A stretch of DNA of 32,000 nucleotides from Fenollaria sporofastidiosus (GTDB lineage Bacteria > Bacillota > Clostridia > Tissierellales > Peptoniphilaceae). The DNA lies in NCBI RefSeq assembly GCF_943169635.2, contig NZ_OW968186.1, forward strand, positions 942,075 to 974,074, written 5' to 3'. Below the pieces are notes generated by a model, which ran no database searches, was not told where the DNA came from, and was given only the letters and a program-made list of their open reading frames with translations. Below, piece after piece: positions 9,658 to 18,813 of this stretch. The translations under genes and the position numbers were made by a program. The number at the start of each line of letters is the position of its first letter. Position 1 is the first letter of the stretch.

Positions 9658-10182
9658 ATGGAGCTATTAATCAAAATATTTTTAGTTTTCTTTAAGATAG
9701 GCCTCTTCAGTTTTGGTGGAGGCTATGCTATGATGCCACTTTTTGAAAAAGAGATCATAAACGGTCTAAAGTGGATTAGCTACTCCGACTTCATAGACAT
9801 AGTTGCCATAGCTCAAACGACACCTGGACCCTTTGCAGTTAACTCTGCTACCTTCATAGGTAATAAGCTTGCAGGCTTTTGGGGCAGTGTTGTTGCAACA
9901 TTTGGAGTGACACTACCGAGCTTCATCATCATGAGCATCATATTCTTAACTATAAACAAGTTTAGAGACTCAAGAACTGTTAAGGTATCGATTAGAGGCA
10001 TAAGACCAGTAGTCTTAGCACTAGTACTTGCTGCAGTGGTAACCATTGGCAAAGGAGCCATCATAGATTACAAGTCAGTCATCATAGCTGTCATTGCCTT
10101 CATACTTGTAAGAGTGAAAAAACTAAACCCAATACTTATTATGGCTATAGGTTTTGTGGTCGGCGTATTTATATATAGGTGA
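9658..10182 (+). CDS. Chromate transporter family protein, short-chain type (first of pair)
   Basis: 174 aa. FKIGLFSFGGGYAMMPLFEKEII...AIAQTTPGPFAVNSATFIG is the CHR-family signature. It ends in a TGA TGA double stop at 10180-10185. Confidence 0.85.
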   Translation: MELLIKIFLVFFKIGLFSFGGGYAMMPLFEKEIINGLKWISYSDFIDIVAIAQTTPGPFAVNSATFIGNKLAGFWGSVVATFGVTLPSFIIMSIIFLTINKFRDSRTVKVSIRGIRPVVLALVLAAVVTIGKGAIIDYKSVIIAVIAFILVRVKKLNPILIMAIGFVVGVFIYR

Positions 10183-10186
10183 TGAG

Positions 10187-10723
10187 ATGAAGATACTTAA
10201 TTTATTTATAACATTCTTTAAGATAGGTGCCTTCACATTAGGAGGCGGCTTTCCCATGCTACCAATCATTGAGCGTGAGATAGTTACAAAGAAGAAACTC
10301 ATGACAGACGAGGAGTACATAGACTCGATAAGTCTTGCTCAGACAGCACCAGGGCCTATCGCAGCAAACATATCTATACTAGTTGGCTATAGGATATATG
10401 GCTTTTCAGGTGCACTCGCGGCCTTCTTCGGCGCAGTTTTACCAAGCTTTATCATCATATTAGTGATCTCACACTTCTTTATGGGTGTGCAAGATAACCC
10501 ATATGTGCAAGCGGCCTTTAAAGGTGTAAGACCCGTTGTATGTGCACTAGTCTTTGCAGCACTTGTAGGCTTAGTAGAGAAAGCGCACTTAAATAAGTTT
10601 GAGTACGTGATAAGTCTTTTAGCTTTTTTAATAGTAGTATTTTTAGACATCAATCCCATCTTCGTAATTATTGGCGGAGTTGTGATTGCTCTTAGTAAGG
10701 ATAAATTTATCAAGAATAAATAG
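10187..10723 (+). CDS. Chromate transporter family protein, short-chain type (second of pair)
   Basis: FKIGAFTLGGGFPMLPIIEREIV...SLAQTAPGPIAANISILVG is paralogous to the upstream gene. I prefer ATG 10187 (AGGTGA RBS) over the track's out-of-context 10154. Confidence 0.85.
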   Translation: MKILNLFITFFKIGAFTLGGGFPMLPIIEREIVTKKKLMTDEEYIDSISLAQTAPGPIAANISILVGYRIYGFSGALAAFFGAVLPSFIIILVISHFFMGVQDNPYVQAAFKGVRPVVCALVFAALVGLVEKAHLNKFEYVISLLAFLIVVFLDINPIFVIIGGVVIALSKDKFIKNK

Positions 10724-10732
10724 GAGGTTATT

Positions 10733-11704
10733 ATGGATTTATTTGAAGAATTAAAAGTTGAAGTAAAAGAAAAACATCCATCGATCGTTTTTCCAGAAGG
10801 TGAAGATGAAAGAGTGCTAAAGGCTGCTTTCAGATTAAAAGAAGAAAATATTTTAGAGCCCATAGTTCTAGGTAAGAGAAGTGAAGTAGAAGAGACTGCA
10901 AAGGCTATATCTAAAGACCTTAATAATATCAATTTCATTGATCCAGCTGAAGCTAAGGACATAGATGAGATGGCTCAAGTATTCTTTGAAAGAAGAAAGG
11001 GCAAGATCACTTTAGAAGATGCAAAGGCTTTATTACTTAAAGACGTTAATTACTTCGGAACTGTCTTAGTATATATGAAGAAGGCAGATGGCCTTGTATC
11101 AGGCGCTGCACACGCAACAAGCGATACAGTTAGACCTGCACTACAAATCATCAAGATGAAGGAAGGATACAAAAAAACTTCTGGTGTCTTCGTTATGGTT
11201 AAGGGCACTGAAAGATATATCTTTGCTGACTGCGCTATCAACATCGCACCTGACTCAAACGACATCGCAGAGACAGCTATACTATCAAATATAACTGCTA
11301 AGAGCTTTGGCGTTGATCCAAAGATTGCACTACTAAGCTTTTCAACAAAGGGCAGTGCTAAGTCAGATGAAACAGAAAAAGTTATTAAGGCACTAGAGAT
11401 AGTTAAGGAAAGAGACGCATCCATTGCAGTAGATGGTGAACTACAATTCGATGCAGCCTTCGTACCATCAGTTGCTGAAAAGAAGGCAAAAGGCTCAGCT
11501 ATAGCAGGCCATGCAAATGTATTCATCTTCCCATCACTAGAAGCAGGTAACATTGGCTACAAGATTGCACAAAGACTTGGTGGATACGATGCTATAGGAC
11601 CCATACTTCAAGGCTTAAACAGTCCAGTTAACGACCTATCAAGAGGCTGCAACTCAGACGACGTTTACAAGCTTGCTTTAATCACAGCAAAACAAGCTTT
11701 ATAA
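10733..11704 (+). CDS. pta: Phosphate acetyltransferase
   Basis: 323 aa. Near-collinear by eye with B. subtilis Pta, for example IVFPEGEDERVLKAA, DGLVSGAAHATSDTVRPALQIIK, FADCAINIAPDSNDIAE, LSFSTKGSAKSDETEKV, FPSLEAGNIGYKIAQRLGG and PVNDLSRGCNSDDVYKLALITA. Confidence 0.92.
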   Translation: MDLFEELKVEVKEKHPSIVFPEGEDERVLKAAFRLKEENILEPIVLGKRSEVEETAKAISKDLNNINFIDPAEAKDIDEMAQVFFERRKGKITLEDAKALLLKDVNYFGTVLVYMKKADGLVSGAAHATSDTVRPALQIIKMKEGYKKTSGVFVMVKGTERYIFADCAINIAPDSNDIAETAILSNITAKSFGVDPKIALLSFSTKGSAKSDETEKVIKALEIVKERDASIAVDGELQFDAAFVPSVAEKKAKGSAIAGHANVFIFPSLEAGNIGYKIAQRLGGYDAIGPILQGLNSPVNDLSRGCNSDDVYKLALITAKQAL

Positions 11705-12189
11705 TGATACTCGTAATGGCAGTCGATGCCAAGTGGGCAATCGGCTACAAAGGGGACATGCTTACAAGGATACCCGAAGACCTTAAGCGCTTCAAAGAGA
11801 TGACCATGGGAGGCGTCTTAGTTATGGGACGCAAGACCTACGACTCGACAGGGGCACTTCCTGGTAGAGAAACTATCATCATGTCACGCTCACTTAAAGA
11901 TGTGGATGGTGCTCACATTGCCCATGATCTTGATGAGTTAAAAAAGATGATAAAAGAAAAATTTTCTGATAAGAAAATATTTTTAGTTGGCGGTTCTCAT
12001 CTTATAGAGCAGCTCATAGATGAAGTAGACGAGGCAGAGATAACTTTTATTAAAAAAGATTTTGAGCCTTATGATACTGTTATGAGGAACCTCGATAAGA
12101 ACGAGGCATTTGAATTAAGTGAGATTAGTGAAGAACATGATTATGACGCAATGAAGTTTGAGTATCGAAAGTATATTAGAAAGAAATAA
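11704..12189 (+). CDS. Dihydrofolate reductase family protein (divergent)
   Basis: 161 aa. The segment AVDAKWAIGYKGDMLTRIPEDLKRFKEMTMGGVLVMGRKTYDS.GALPGRETIIMSR...IFLVGGSHLIEQL follows the DHFR layout. The usual LPW is replaced by LTR. The start overlaps the pta stop (TAATG). Confidence 0.7.
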   Translation: MILVMAVDAKWAIGYKGDMLTRIPEDLKRFKEMTMGGVLVMGRKTYDSTGALPGRETIIMSRSLKDVDGAHIAHDLDELKKMIKEKFSDKKIFLVGGSHLIEQLIDEVDEAEITFIKKDFEPYDTVMRNLDKNEAFELSEISEEHDYDAMKFEYRKYIRKK

Positions 12190-12201
12190 AATTATCAATA
12201 T

Positions 12202-12240
12202 AAACCCTCTTTACTAAAGCAGTAGAGAGGGTTTTATTTT
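12202..12240 (+). terminator. Rho-independent terminator after the chrA-chrA-pta-DHFR unit
   Basis: AAACCCTCT (12202-12210) pairs with AGAGGGTTT (12226-12234), followed by TTTTATTTT. Confidence 0.8.
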
Positions 12241-12310
12241 GCATATAGATTATTTTGAAGTGCATATTATTTAAAATAATTTATTAAAAAGTTACTTATT
12301 ATTTTGAATT

Positions 12311-12344
12311 ATAAAAAACTCTCAAGTATTACACTTAAGAGTTT
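12311..12344 (-). terminator. Rho-independent terminator of the minus-strand lipoprotein gene
   Basis: On the minus strand, AAACUCUUAAGU - guaau - ACUUGAGAGUUU forms 12 bp with one G-U pair. It is followed by UUUAU, 17 nt after the stop. Confidence 0.75.
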
Positions 12345-12360
12345 TGATGAGAAATCTTAA

Positions 12361-13302
12361 TTATCTACGATAAGTAAGATTGTATATGTTCATATCTTCA
12401 TCGTAAAAAAAGTCATAATAAAGTATTGGTTTAGTAGCATCGCCCAAATACTTAATTAGTATCTCGATAGCTTTGCCTTGCATACTTTTATCAGCAAAAA
12501 CATCCTTTGCTTCTTTTTCTGCAATATTAATCTGAGGCTCTGGGTAATTGCTATTTAATGAATCGATATCATTAAGAATCATATCATATAGATTTTTAAT
12601 GTCTTCTTCTTTTGCACCTATATTACCAAAGTATGCTTTGAATGCTTCGTAGTCTTTAGACTTGACTGTGCCAATGACTTCAAGCGATTTATTTATAAAT
12701 GCCTTGTATTTTTCTTTTAGCTCATCTTGATTTTCTTCAAAGTCTGCCGTACTTAGCTGGAAACTTATAAGCTGATTAGCAATATTTCTTGCAAGATTAA
12801 AATATATCTTTTTCTTTTCGCCTTGGCATAGCGCTTGGTAGATGTAAGCCTTACTACCATCTCCATCTTGACCTGACTCGATTGATACCTTTTCAATCTT
12901 TACAATATCGCCAGAGATTTCTAGTGGTTTTAGAGCCTCTATAATTAGATTTGGATCTTTATCTACCGCAGTTTTTGCACTGCCGGCTAGGCTTGACTTT
13001 ATCTTGTCAATATCCTTAGAACAAAGCAGTTTAATATTTTTTTCAATCCACTCTTTATCATTATCAGTCATTTCAACTTGCCATACAGTATCTTTGACTA
13101 GACTATTGTCATTTGCCGCATCATTTGAACTTTCTTCAGATGTTTCCTTTTTTTCGGTACTTGAGCTTGCTTCTTTTTTATCTTCACTCGCTATCTTTGT
13201 TTCATTATTTGTTTTAGCTTTGTCGTTAGGCTTATCACTTGAGCAGGACGAACAGATAAGCATCATAATAGTTAAGCTCATACATAAAAAAATTTTTTTC
13301 AT
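12361..13302 (-). CDS. Putative secreted lipoprotein of unknown function
   Basis: 313 aa. N-terminal signal MKKIFLCMSLTIMMLICSSCSS has a non-canonical Cys-containing lipobox-like end. A Ser/Glu/Lys-rich linker follows, then a globular domain. I recognise no family. Confidence 0.6.
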   Translation of the reverse strand: MKKIFLCMSLTIMMLICSSCSSDKPNDKAKTNNETKIASEDKKEASSSTEKKETSEESSNDAANDNSLVKDTVWQVEMTDNDKEWIEKNIKLLCSKDIDKIKSSLAGSAKTAVDKDPNLIIEALKPLEISGDIVKIEKVSIESGQDGDGSKAYIYQALCQGEKKKIYFNLARNIANQLISFQLSTADFEENQDELKEKYKAFINKSLEVIGTVKSKDYEAFKAYFGNIGAKEEDIKNLYDMILNDIDSLNSNYPEPQINIAEKEAKDVFADKSMQGKAIEILIKYLGDATKPILYYDFFYDEDMNIYNLTYRR

Positions 13303-13469
13303 AGATTTACACCCCCTATGATTGATTAATTATACATATATATTGTAAAGAAAAAGACAAAAATATATTAATTAAGTGTTAAATTCACTTATATTAAGAT
13401 TACTATAATTTATATATACTTTATATGCTATGATCAAATCAAGAATACAAAGACAAAGGAGAAGGTCTT

Positions 13470-14747
13470 ATGGAAAAAAACAAAAATGCAAAGAAGGGTT
13501 TTCACTACGCATGGGTCATGTTATTTGTGGCGACACTTACATTAGGGGTCTACGTGCCTATAGTGAACTCATTATCTAACAGCTGACAACTAGCTGTAAC
13601 AAAAGACTTAGGTTTCTCAAGAACTGCCTTTAGCTTAGGAGGCACCATAGCTCAATCAATTGGTATCTTCTTAGGACCTATCATGTCATACTACTTAACA
13701 AAGTATAACTTCAAACGCATATGGACAGTGGCGGCAGTATTATTTGCTTGTGCAGTCTTCGGTTATTCGATGGCACAAAACCAATACCACTTCTACATAT
13801 TAGCAGTAGTAGTAGGTGCGTGCTACATAGCGACAGCCCACATACCTATGATGATGCTTATCAACAACTGGTTCGAAGACAAAATCGGCCTTGCGACATC
13901 CATCGCCGTATCTGGCATTTCAGGTGGTGGCGCACTACTTAGCCCAATCATCAACAGTCTTATCAAAAACGTTGGTTGGAGAATGTCATATCGTGTTTAT
14001 GCATTCATTATCCTAGCTTTGGCAATAGTTTTCGGTGTCTTCTTAATATATCTTAAGCCAGAGGACAAGGGTTTACAGCCCTATGGTCATGGTGAAGACG
14101 ATGAAGCAAAAGAAATTAAAAAGAAGAAAGACAACGACTACTCGCTAAATGTTGGACTATCGATCAGTGCATCTATCACATGCATATTCTTTATATTCTT
14201 AATATTGGGAGCCGTGATGAATGGTCTTTCAAACGGAGCGACACTACAGTTTCCACCTGCGCTTATAGGTGCGGCAGGCTACGACGTTGCAAGCGCTGTC
14301 ATGGCTACCTACTTAGTACTAGGCGTCTTCGGTAAACTATTGCTAGGAAGGATAGCCGACAAGTATGGCATCTACCACGCACTAGCCTTCGGAGCATCAA
14401 TGCTTGCTTTAACATTCGTTGCAATGCTATTTATAGACAAGGCATGGGGACCATACCTAATGGCAGTTATCTTCGGTTTTGGCTTAGCTATCGGCTCAGT
14501 TATACCACCACTAATCACATCAACTATATTCAACAGAGAAGTCTACGGTGAAGCATATGGCTTTGTAACATCAGGCGTGCAAATAGGTGCTGCGATGGGA
14601 CCACTTATCGTTTCATATATATTCGACAGCCAAGGCTCATACACATGGGCGTGGATACTAAACATCGCTTTTGCACTACTAACAGGTTTCTTCTGGTTCT
14701 TAGCACACAAGAGCGCTGAAAAATATAAAGACAAGAGTGAAAAGTAG
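13470..14747 (+). pseudogene. MFS transporter gene interrupted by a single in-frame TGA (13584-13586, codon 39). The track ORF 13683..14747 is the downstream remnant
   Basis: ATG 13470 has AAGGAG 8 nt upstream and encodes MEKNKNAKKGFHYAWVMLFVATLTLGVYVPIVNSLSNS. After the TGA the same frame continues QLAVTKDLGFSRTAFSLGGTIAQSIGIFLGPIMSYYL..., and 13683-13470=213 nt. The body has MFS features (multiple TM helices, GKLLLGRIADKYG loop). Confidence 0.65.
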
Positions 14748-14756
14748 GAGGACGAT

Positions 14757-15914
14757 ATGGATAAATATATTGAAATACTTAAAAGACTTATAGAGTTTAA
14801 ATCAGTTAACGACGGCGAAAAAGAAGTAGCTGAGTACATCGAAGGCCTATTCAAAGCTTATGACAATGTTACTACAGAGATTATCGACTCATATCCAGGT
14901 AGATCAAACATCATAGTCAAGCTTAAAGGCAAGGCACCTGGCAAAGTCTTTGCGGTATCAGGCCACTTAGACGTAGTTGCGGCTGCTGATGGATGGACGC
15001 ATCCGCCATTTACCCCTGAAATTATCGATGGCAATATGTATGGCAGAGGTACTTGCGATATGAAGGCAGGAGTTGCTGCAGGCCTTTATATGTTACTTGA
15101 CTTCATAGAAGAAAAAACAGAGTTCAATGGAGAAATTTGGTTCATAGGTACAGTTGGTGAAGAGGTTGGTATGCAAGGCGCACTTGATTTAGTAGAAGGC
15201 GGCTACCTTGATGATGTAGACGCAATCATTATACCAGAGCCAACAAAGAGAGACGGCGAGAACCAAGCAATATTTGCATCAAAAGGATCCATAATGTACG
15301 CAGTGAACGCAGAAGGTAAGACTGCTCACTCATCAATGCCAGAATTAGGCATCAACGCCATCATGACACTTGCTGAGTTCATACTCAAAGTTCAAAAACA
15401 ATTTGACGAAGTAACAGTGACTAAAAAATATCAAAATGCCAATCTTGGCTCAACTATAAATGTATTTTCTATGATAGAAGGCGGACTTCAATTCAACTCC
15501 GTGCCAGATAAGGCTACTGTGAAGGGTAACATACGTACAGTGCCAGAGTTTAGCTGCGATGACTCTATAGACTTATTAGAGAAAGCCATAGAAGAGAACA
15601 ACAAAGACGAGAGCAAGGCAAAGCTATCACTTGATCTAGTTCAAGTTCTAGATGCAGCAGAGTCGAAGAAAGACAGCAAACTTATTGAAGCACTTAAAGC
15701 GTCAGCACCAAATAAGAACGTTTGTGTTAAGCCACTTATCGGTACATGCGAGCTATCTCGCTACATCCACATCAAAGACGACATAGACCCTGTGGTTTAT
15801 GGACCAGGTCTTACAAAGATGGCACACAAAGTAGATGAATACATCGAACTAGACGAGTACATCGACACTATAGAGATATTTAAGAAAACAGCATTAAAAT
15901 ATTTAAACGAATAA
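14757..15914 (+). CDS. M20-family metallopeptidase / ArgE-DapE-type deacylase
   Basis: 385 aa. Metal-binding motifs are present: SGHLDVV, GRGTCDMKAG and GEEVGMQGA. GGAGG RBS. Confidence 0.8.
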   Translation: MDKYIEILKRLIEFKSVNDGEKEVAEYIEGLFKAYDNVTTEIIDSYPGRSNIIVKLKGKAPGKVFAVSGHLDVVAAADGWTHPPFTPEIIDGNMYGRGTCDMKAGVAAGLYMLLDFIEEKTEFNGEIWFIGTVGEEVGMQGALDLVEGGYLDDVDAIIIPEPTKRDGENQAIFASKGSIMYAVNAEGKTAHSSMPELGINAIMTLAEFILKVQKQFDEVTVTKKYQNANLGSTINVFSMIEGGLQFNSVPDKATVKGNIRTVPEFSCDDSIDLLEKAIEENNKDESKAKLSLDLVQVLDAAESKKDSKLIEALKASAPNKNVCVKPLIGTCELSRYIHIKDDIDPVVYGPGLTKMAHKVDEYIELDEYIDTIEIFKKTALKYLNE

Positions 15915-15928
15915 AATTTGTATAAAGT

Positions 15929-15955
15929 AAGGCTACTCATCTGAGTAGCCTTTTT
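15929..15955. terminator. Hairpin terminator between the convergent M20 and DUF2254 genes
   Basis: AAGGCTACT (15929-15937) pairs with AGTAGCCTT (15942-15950), followed by TTTTT on the + strand. Confidence 0.8.
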
Positions 15956-15965
15956 CATGTGTATA

Positions 15966-17294
15966 TTATTTTTCTTCTTTTTCTTCTTTCTCTTCTTCTT
16001 TTTCTTCTTTCTCTATCTCTTTTTCTTCTTTCGAGCCTGTCATTATCTCTTGATATATTTCCATGAAGAGACTTAGGTCGGCCTCTCTCTTAAAATTATC
16101 TACAACGGACTGGTATAGGTCCTCGGCTAGTGACATAACGACTTCTTTATTCTTATCGCTCGCAGCGAGCTTTATGACTAGTAGTCCTTGGAAGATGGCT
16201 CTTACTACGCTTGCGTCACTTTCGCCATAAGTAATGAGTGGATGTGTAAACTCAACAAGCACGTCTTTGAAGCTCTTGCTTGTGTAATAAATTCTTGCCT
16301 TGCCATCAGTTTTGATGTAGTGATGGTTCGAGTCGACATTAGCAAGATGCGAAAGTAGTATTGAGAGCTTTCTTATACAATGTATCGCTGTGTTGGGATC
16401 GTTGATACCAGGTGATAAAGCACGAGCAGCGATTTCGACTATCTTTCTTAAGCCAACTTTATAATCTTCATCAGAAATTCTTGTTTCGGTGAAAAGAAAT
16501 TGTTTTTGAATTTTTTCAATTGTCTCATCGTCAAGTGAGTCTTTGCTCAAGTAGCCAAGTGTTTGCTTTTGAGTAATGAAGTCGCCCTTAGAAACTTCTA
16601 TGGTGAAGACTATGTCCTCATCTTCGATTATCTTTTTAATCTTATCTATGTCTATGATTTCAAGATAGCCAGACTCTAAAGCGGCGATTCTCTTTTCTTT
16701 CTTAGTCCACTCTGCTTTCTCTAGTAATTCAAAGTCGCGCTCTTCAAGCTCTTTTGCTATCATCTTGTCAGTTTTATCTGCTATGTCTTCAAGAAGCTTA
16801 GAATAATTTACTCCAGATAAAACATTTTGCACGAAGATAACGAAGTATATTGCGCCCCATATTGCATATATCACGCCAATGGTACCAGCGATAACAAGTC
16901 TTTGGTCCTCTCCAGACTTCATAAAGTTAAGGCTCACTAAGCAGTAAACGAAGCCACCTATGAATATACCTAAGACCTTCATAGTTATCTTCTTGTCTAG
17001 GAAATTTTCAACGCTTCTAGGTGTGAAGGAGTTGTGATACAGAGTGAAAACTGTAAGTATGGTCGAGAATGTAAAGGTAGTGATTGTTAATAGGGCTGAT
17101 ACTAGTGATGAAAGCACTGTCATTGCTAGTTCAACACTTGATAGCATGATGCGCGGCACGTACTTAGTTAGACCCGAGTAGCTGCTGTCTATGTAGGTTA
17201 CTATCGCAAGTAGTATTACAGAGTAGAAAATGTATTCAAGGCAGTATATCCACCTTCTGTTGTTGTAGAAAAATAATTTAATTTTGTTTTTCAT
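15966..17294 (-). CDS. DUF2254-type predicted membrane protein with a Glu/Lys-repeat C-terminal tail
   Basis: 442 aa. The N-terminal half has TM helices and the segment LSSLVSALLTITTFTFSTILTVFTLYHNSFTPRSVENFLDKK, which is typical of DUF2254 as I recall it. The C-terminal half is soluble. The tail is KEEKEIEKEEKEEEKEEKEEK. Confidence 0.7.
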   Translation of the reverse strand: MKNKIKLFFYNNRRWIYCLEYIFYSVILLAIVTYIDSSYSGLTKYVPRIMLSSVELAMTVLSSLVSALLTITTFTFSTILTVFTLYHNSFTPRSVENFLDKKITMKVLGIFIGGFVYCLVSLNFMKSGEDQRLVIAGTIGVIYAIWGAIYFVIFVQNVLSGVNYSKLLEDIADKTDKMIAKELEERDFELLEKAEWTKKEKRIAALESGYLEIIDIDKIKKIIEDEDIVFTIEVSKGDFITQKQTLGYLSKDSLDDETIEKIQKQFLFTETRISDEDYKVGLRKIVEIAARALSPGINDPNTAIHCIRKLSILLSHLANVDSNHHYIKTDGKARIYYTSKSFKDVLVEFTHPLITYGESDASVVRAIFQGLLVIKLAASDKNKEVVMSLAEDLYQSVVDNFKREADLSLFMEIYQEIMTGSKEEKEIEKEEKEEEKEEKEEK

Positions 17295-17413
17295 ATCCTC
17301 ACCATCCTTTTATATATTATAGCACATAATGTGTTAATAAAGAAAGCCACTGTGGGTATATATAGTTAGCAATAGCTAAGGAAATAATTTGCTATTAGTG
17401 AAAGAGGTGTATT

Positions 17414-18799
17414 ATGGAAAAGATTATTGATTTGGATATGACTGTTGCTGATTTAGTAAGTAAGTATCCAGATATTAAAGATGTACTAATCGAAATTGGC
17501 TTTAAGGAGTTACAAAACAAGCTTATGCTTAACAGCGTTGGTAAGTTTATGACATTAAAGAGGGGCTCTGTTGTTAAAAATATTAGCATGGATATTATTA
17601 AGAAGAAGCTTATCGAACACGGCTATACGATTAAAGAGAGTGAAATAAGTAATGATGACAAGGCAAGGCTTGACAAGCTTAAGACATTTATCGAAAGACT
17701 AAGTCAAGGTGAGGACATCGAGACTGTGAGAGCTGACTTTGCTAAGGAGTTTTCTGATGTCGATAGTAAAGAGATAATGAAGGCGGAAGAAGAGATTATC
17801 GCCTCTGGTGTGCCTATAAAGGAAGTGCAAAAACTTTGCGACGTTCACAGTGCACTCTTCCATGGTGCAACTGAGACAGAGAAGGGCAAGAAGCTTAAGG
17901 CGATAGACGAGCTAGGTCATCCTATATATAACTTGCATATGGAGAACAATGTCATTTCTGAGCTTATTGATGAGGCGCTTGCATTATTAGATAAAAAGGA
18001 TTATAGTGCAGTTGACATTGAGAAACTTAGAAAGATACGCGTGCATTACACAAAGAAGGGCGATCTTATATATCCACTATTAAAGGTTAAGTACAATATA
18101 CCCGGTCCTTCGGATGTAATGTGGTCTGTCGATGACGAAATTAGAGATGCATTTAAAAAACTTGATACAAGTAATAGAGACGAGGCATGGGCAGATGCAC
18201 TTAGAAAGAATCTTCAAAGAGCGAAAGAGATGATATACAAGGAAGAAAACATATTGTTCCCAACTATTGAGGACAAGTTTACTGATGAGGAGTGGCACAA
18301 TATATATGAAGACTTCAAAGCATATAGCGGTGGTCTTAGAGATGATGATGAGTGGAAGAGAGATACTTCTAATACTAATGAGGCAAAGTCTTCTTATCAA
18401 AGCTCTATGATAGAACTTAAGGGTGGACACTTTAAACTTGATGAGCTTGAAGCGCTATTAAATACAATGCCTTATGAGATTACCTTTGTTGATGCAAACG
18501 ATATAAACGCTTTCTTTAATTATAATGGCAGAGAAAAATTATTCAAAAGACCAATGACAGCTATCGGACGCGATGTATATAGCTGCCATCCACCAAAGAT
18601 TGAAGCCATGGTTAGAGAGATAATAGCTATGTTTAAGAGCGGAGCAAAGGATCAACTTGGCATATGGATGAATAAGGAAGGTCATGATTGCTACGTCTTA
18701 TACATGGCGGTAAGGGACGAGACCGGTAAGTACCTTGGAACTATGGAGTTAGTTCAAGAGATGGACTTTGCAAAAGAACACTTTAAAGATAATAAATAA
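17414..18799 (+). CDS. DUF1858 / DUF438 / hemerythrin-like / PAS-domain protein (uncharacterised sensor-type protein)
   Basis: 461 aa. The small N-terminal domain (DLDMTVADLVSKYPDIKDVLIEIGF) resembles DUF1858. The central part is helical with His residues (CDVHSALFHG, GHPIYNLHMEN). The C-terminus (ITFVDANDINAFFNY...CHPPK...VLYMAVRDETGKYLGTMELVQEM) is PAS-like. Assigned from recall. Confidence 0.65.
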   Translation: MEKIIDLDMTVADLVSKYPDIKDVLIEIGFKELQNKLMLNSVGKFMTLKRGSVVKNISMDIIKKKLIEHGYTIKESEISNDDKARLDKLKTFIERLSQGEDIETVRADFAKEFSDVDSKEIMKAEEEIIASGVPIKEVQKLCDVHSALFHGATETEKGKKLKAIDELGHPIYNLHMENNVISELIDEALALLDKKDYSAVDIEKLRKIRVHYTKKGDLIYPLLKVKYNIPGPSDVMWSVDDEIRDAFKKLDTSNRDEAWADALRKNLQRAKEMIYKEENILFPTIEDKFTDEEWHNIYEDFKAYSGGLRDDDEWKRDTSNTNEAKSSYQSSMIELKGGHFKLDELEALLNTMPYEITFVDANDINAFFNYNGREKLFKRPMTAIGRDVYSCHPPKIEAMVREIIAMFKSGAKDQLGIWMNKEGHDCYVLYMAVRDETGKYLGTMELVQEMDFAKEHFKDNK

Positions 18800-18813
18800 A
18801 AATTATTTTGATT

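Noticed and set aside
9658-10723. The two adjacent about 175-aa chromate-transporter ORFs might be one gene broken by a frameshift
   Set aside because: Both halves carry their own complete CHR signature (FKIG.F.(F/L)GGG...P and AQ.(T/A)PGP), their own start and their own RBS. The first ends in a double TGA TGA. Paired short-chain CHR genes are a known arrangement, for example B. subtilis ywrA/ywrB.
12241-12310. AT-rich spacer between the two terminators (palindrome ATTATTT-A-AAATAAT; 8-codon ORF at 12347)
   Set aside because: It is too short and too low in complexity to support an sRNA or peptide call. It is most simply spacer between convergent terminators.
13327-13376. Imperfect AT-only inverted repeat (TTAATTA..ATATATATT / AAATATAT-TAATTAA) in the lipoprotein/MFS divergent region
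   Set aside because: It is made only of A/T, with a bulge. Symmetry like this is expected by chance in a promoter region with this much A+T. No riboswitch-like conserved core was recognisable in 13303-13469.
13584-13586. TGA reassigned genome-wide (code 4 or 25) as the explanation for the in-frame TGA in the MFS gene
   Set aside because: TGA terminates the first chromate transporter at its expected C-terminus (10180-10185, doubled). It also terminates the 212-aa ORF exactly at the ATGA junction (20052-20054). All other genes read sensibly under code 11.
13587-13650. A SECIS element downstream of the in-frame TGA
   Set aside because: The only clear hairpin (13579-13597) includes the TGA itself and is short (6 bp). 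I could not find a stem-loop at the usual spacing downstream. MFS transporters are not known selenoproteins. I keep this only as a minor alternative in the finding.
13721-13942. Alternative-frame ORFs inside real genes (13721..13942, 7128..7334, 23733..23948, all on the + strand)
   Set aside because: They are embedded in the MFS, loader-ATPase and MATE genes in another frame. They have Arg/Ser-rich odd composition and no RBS.
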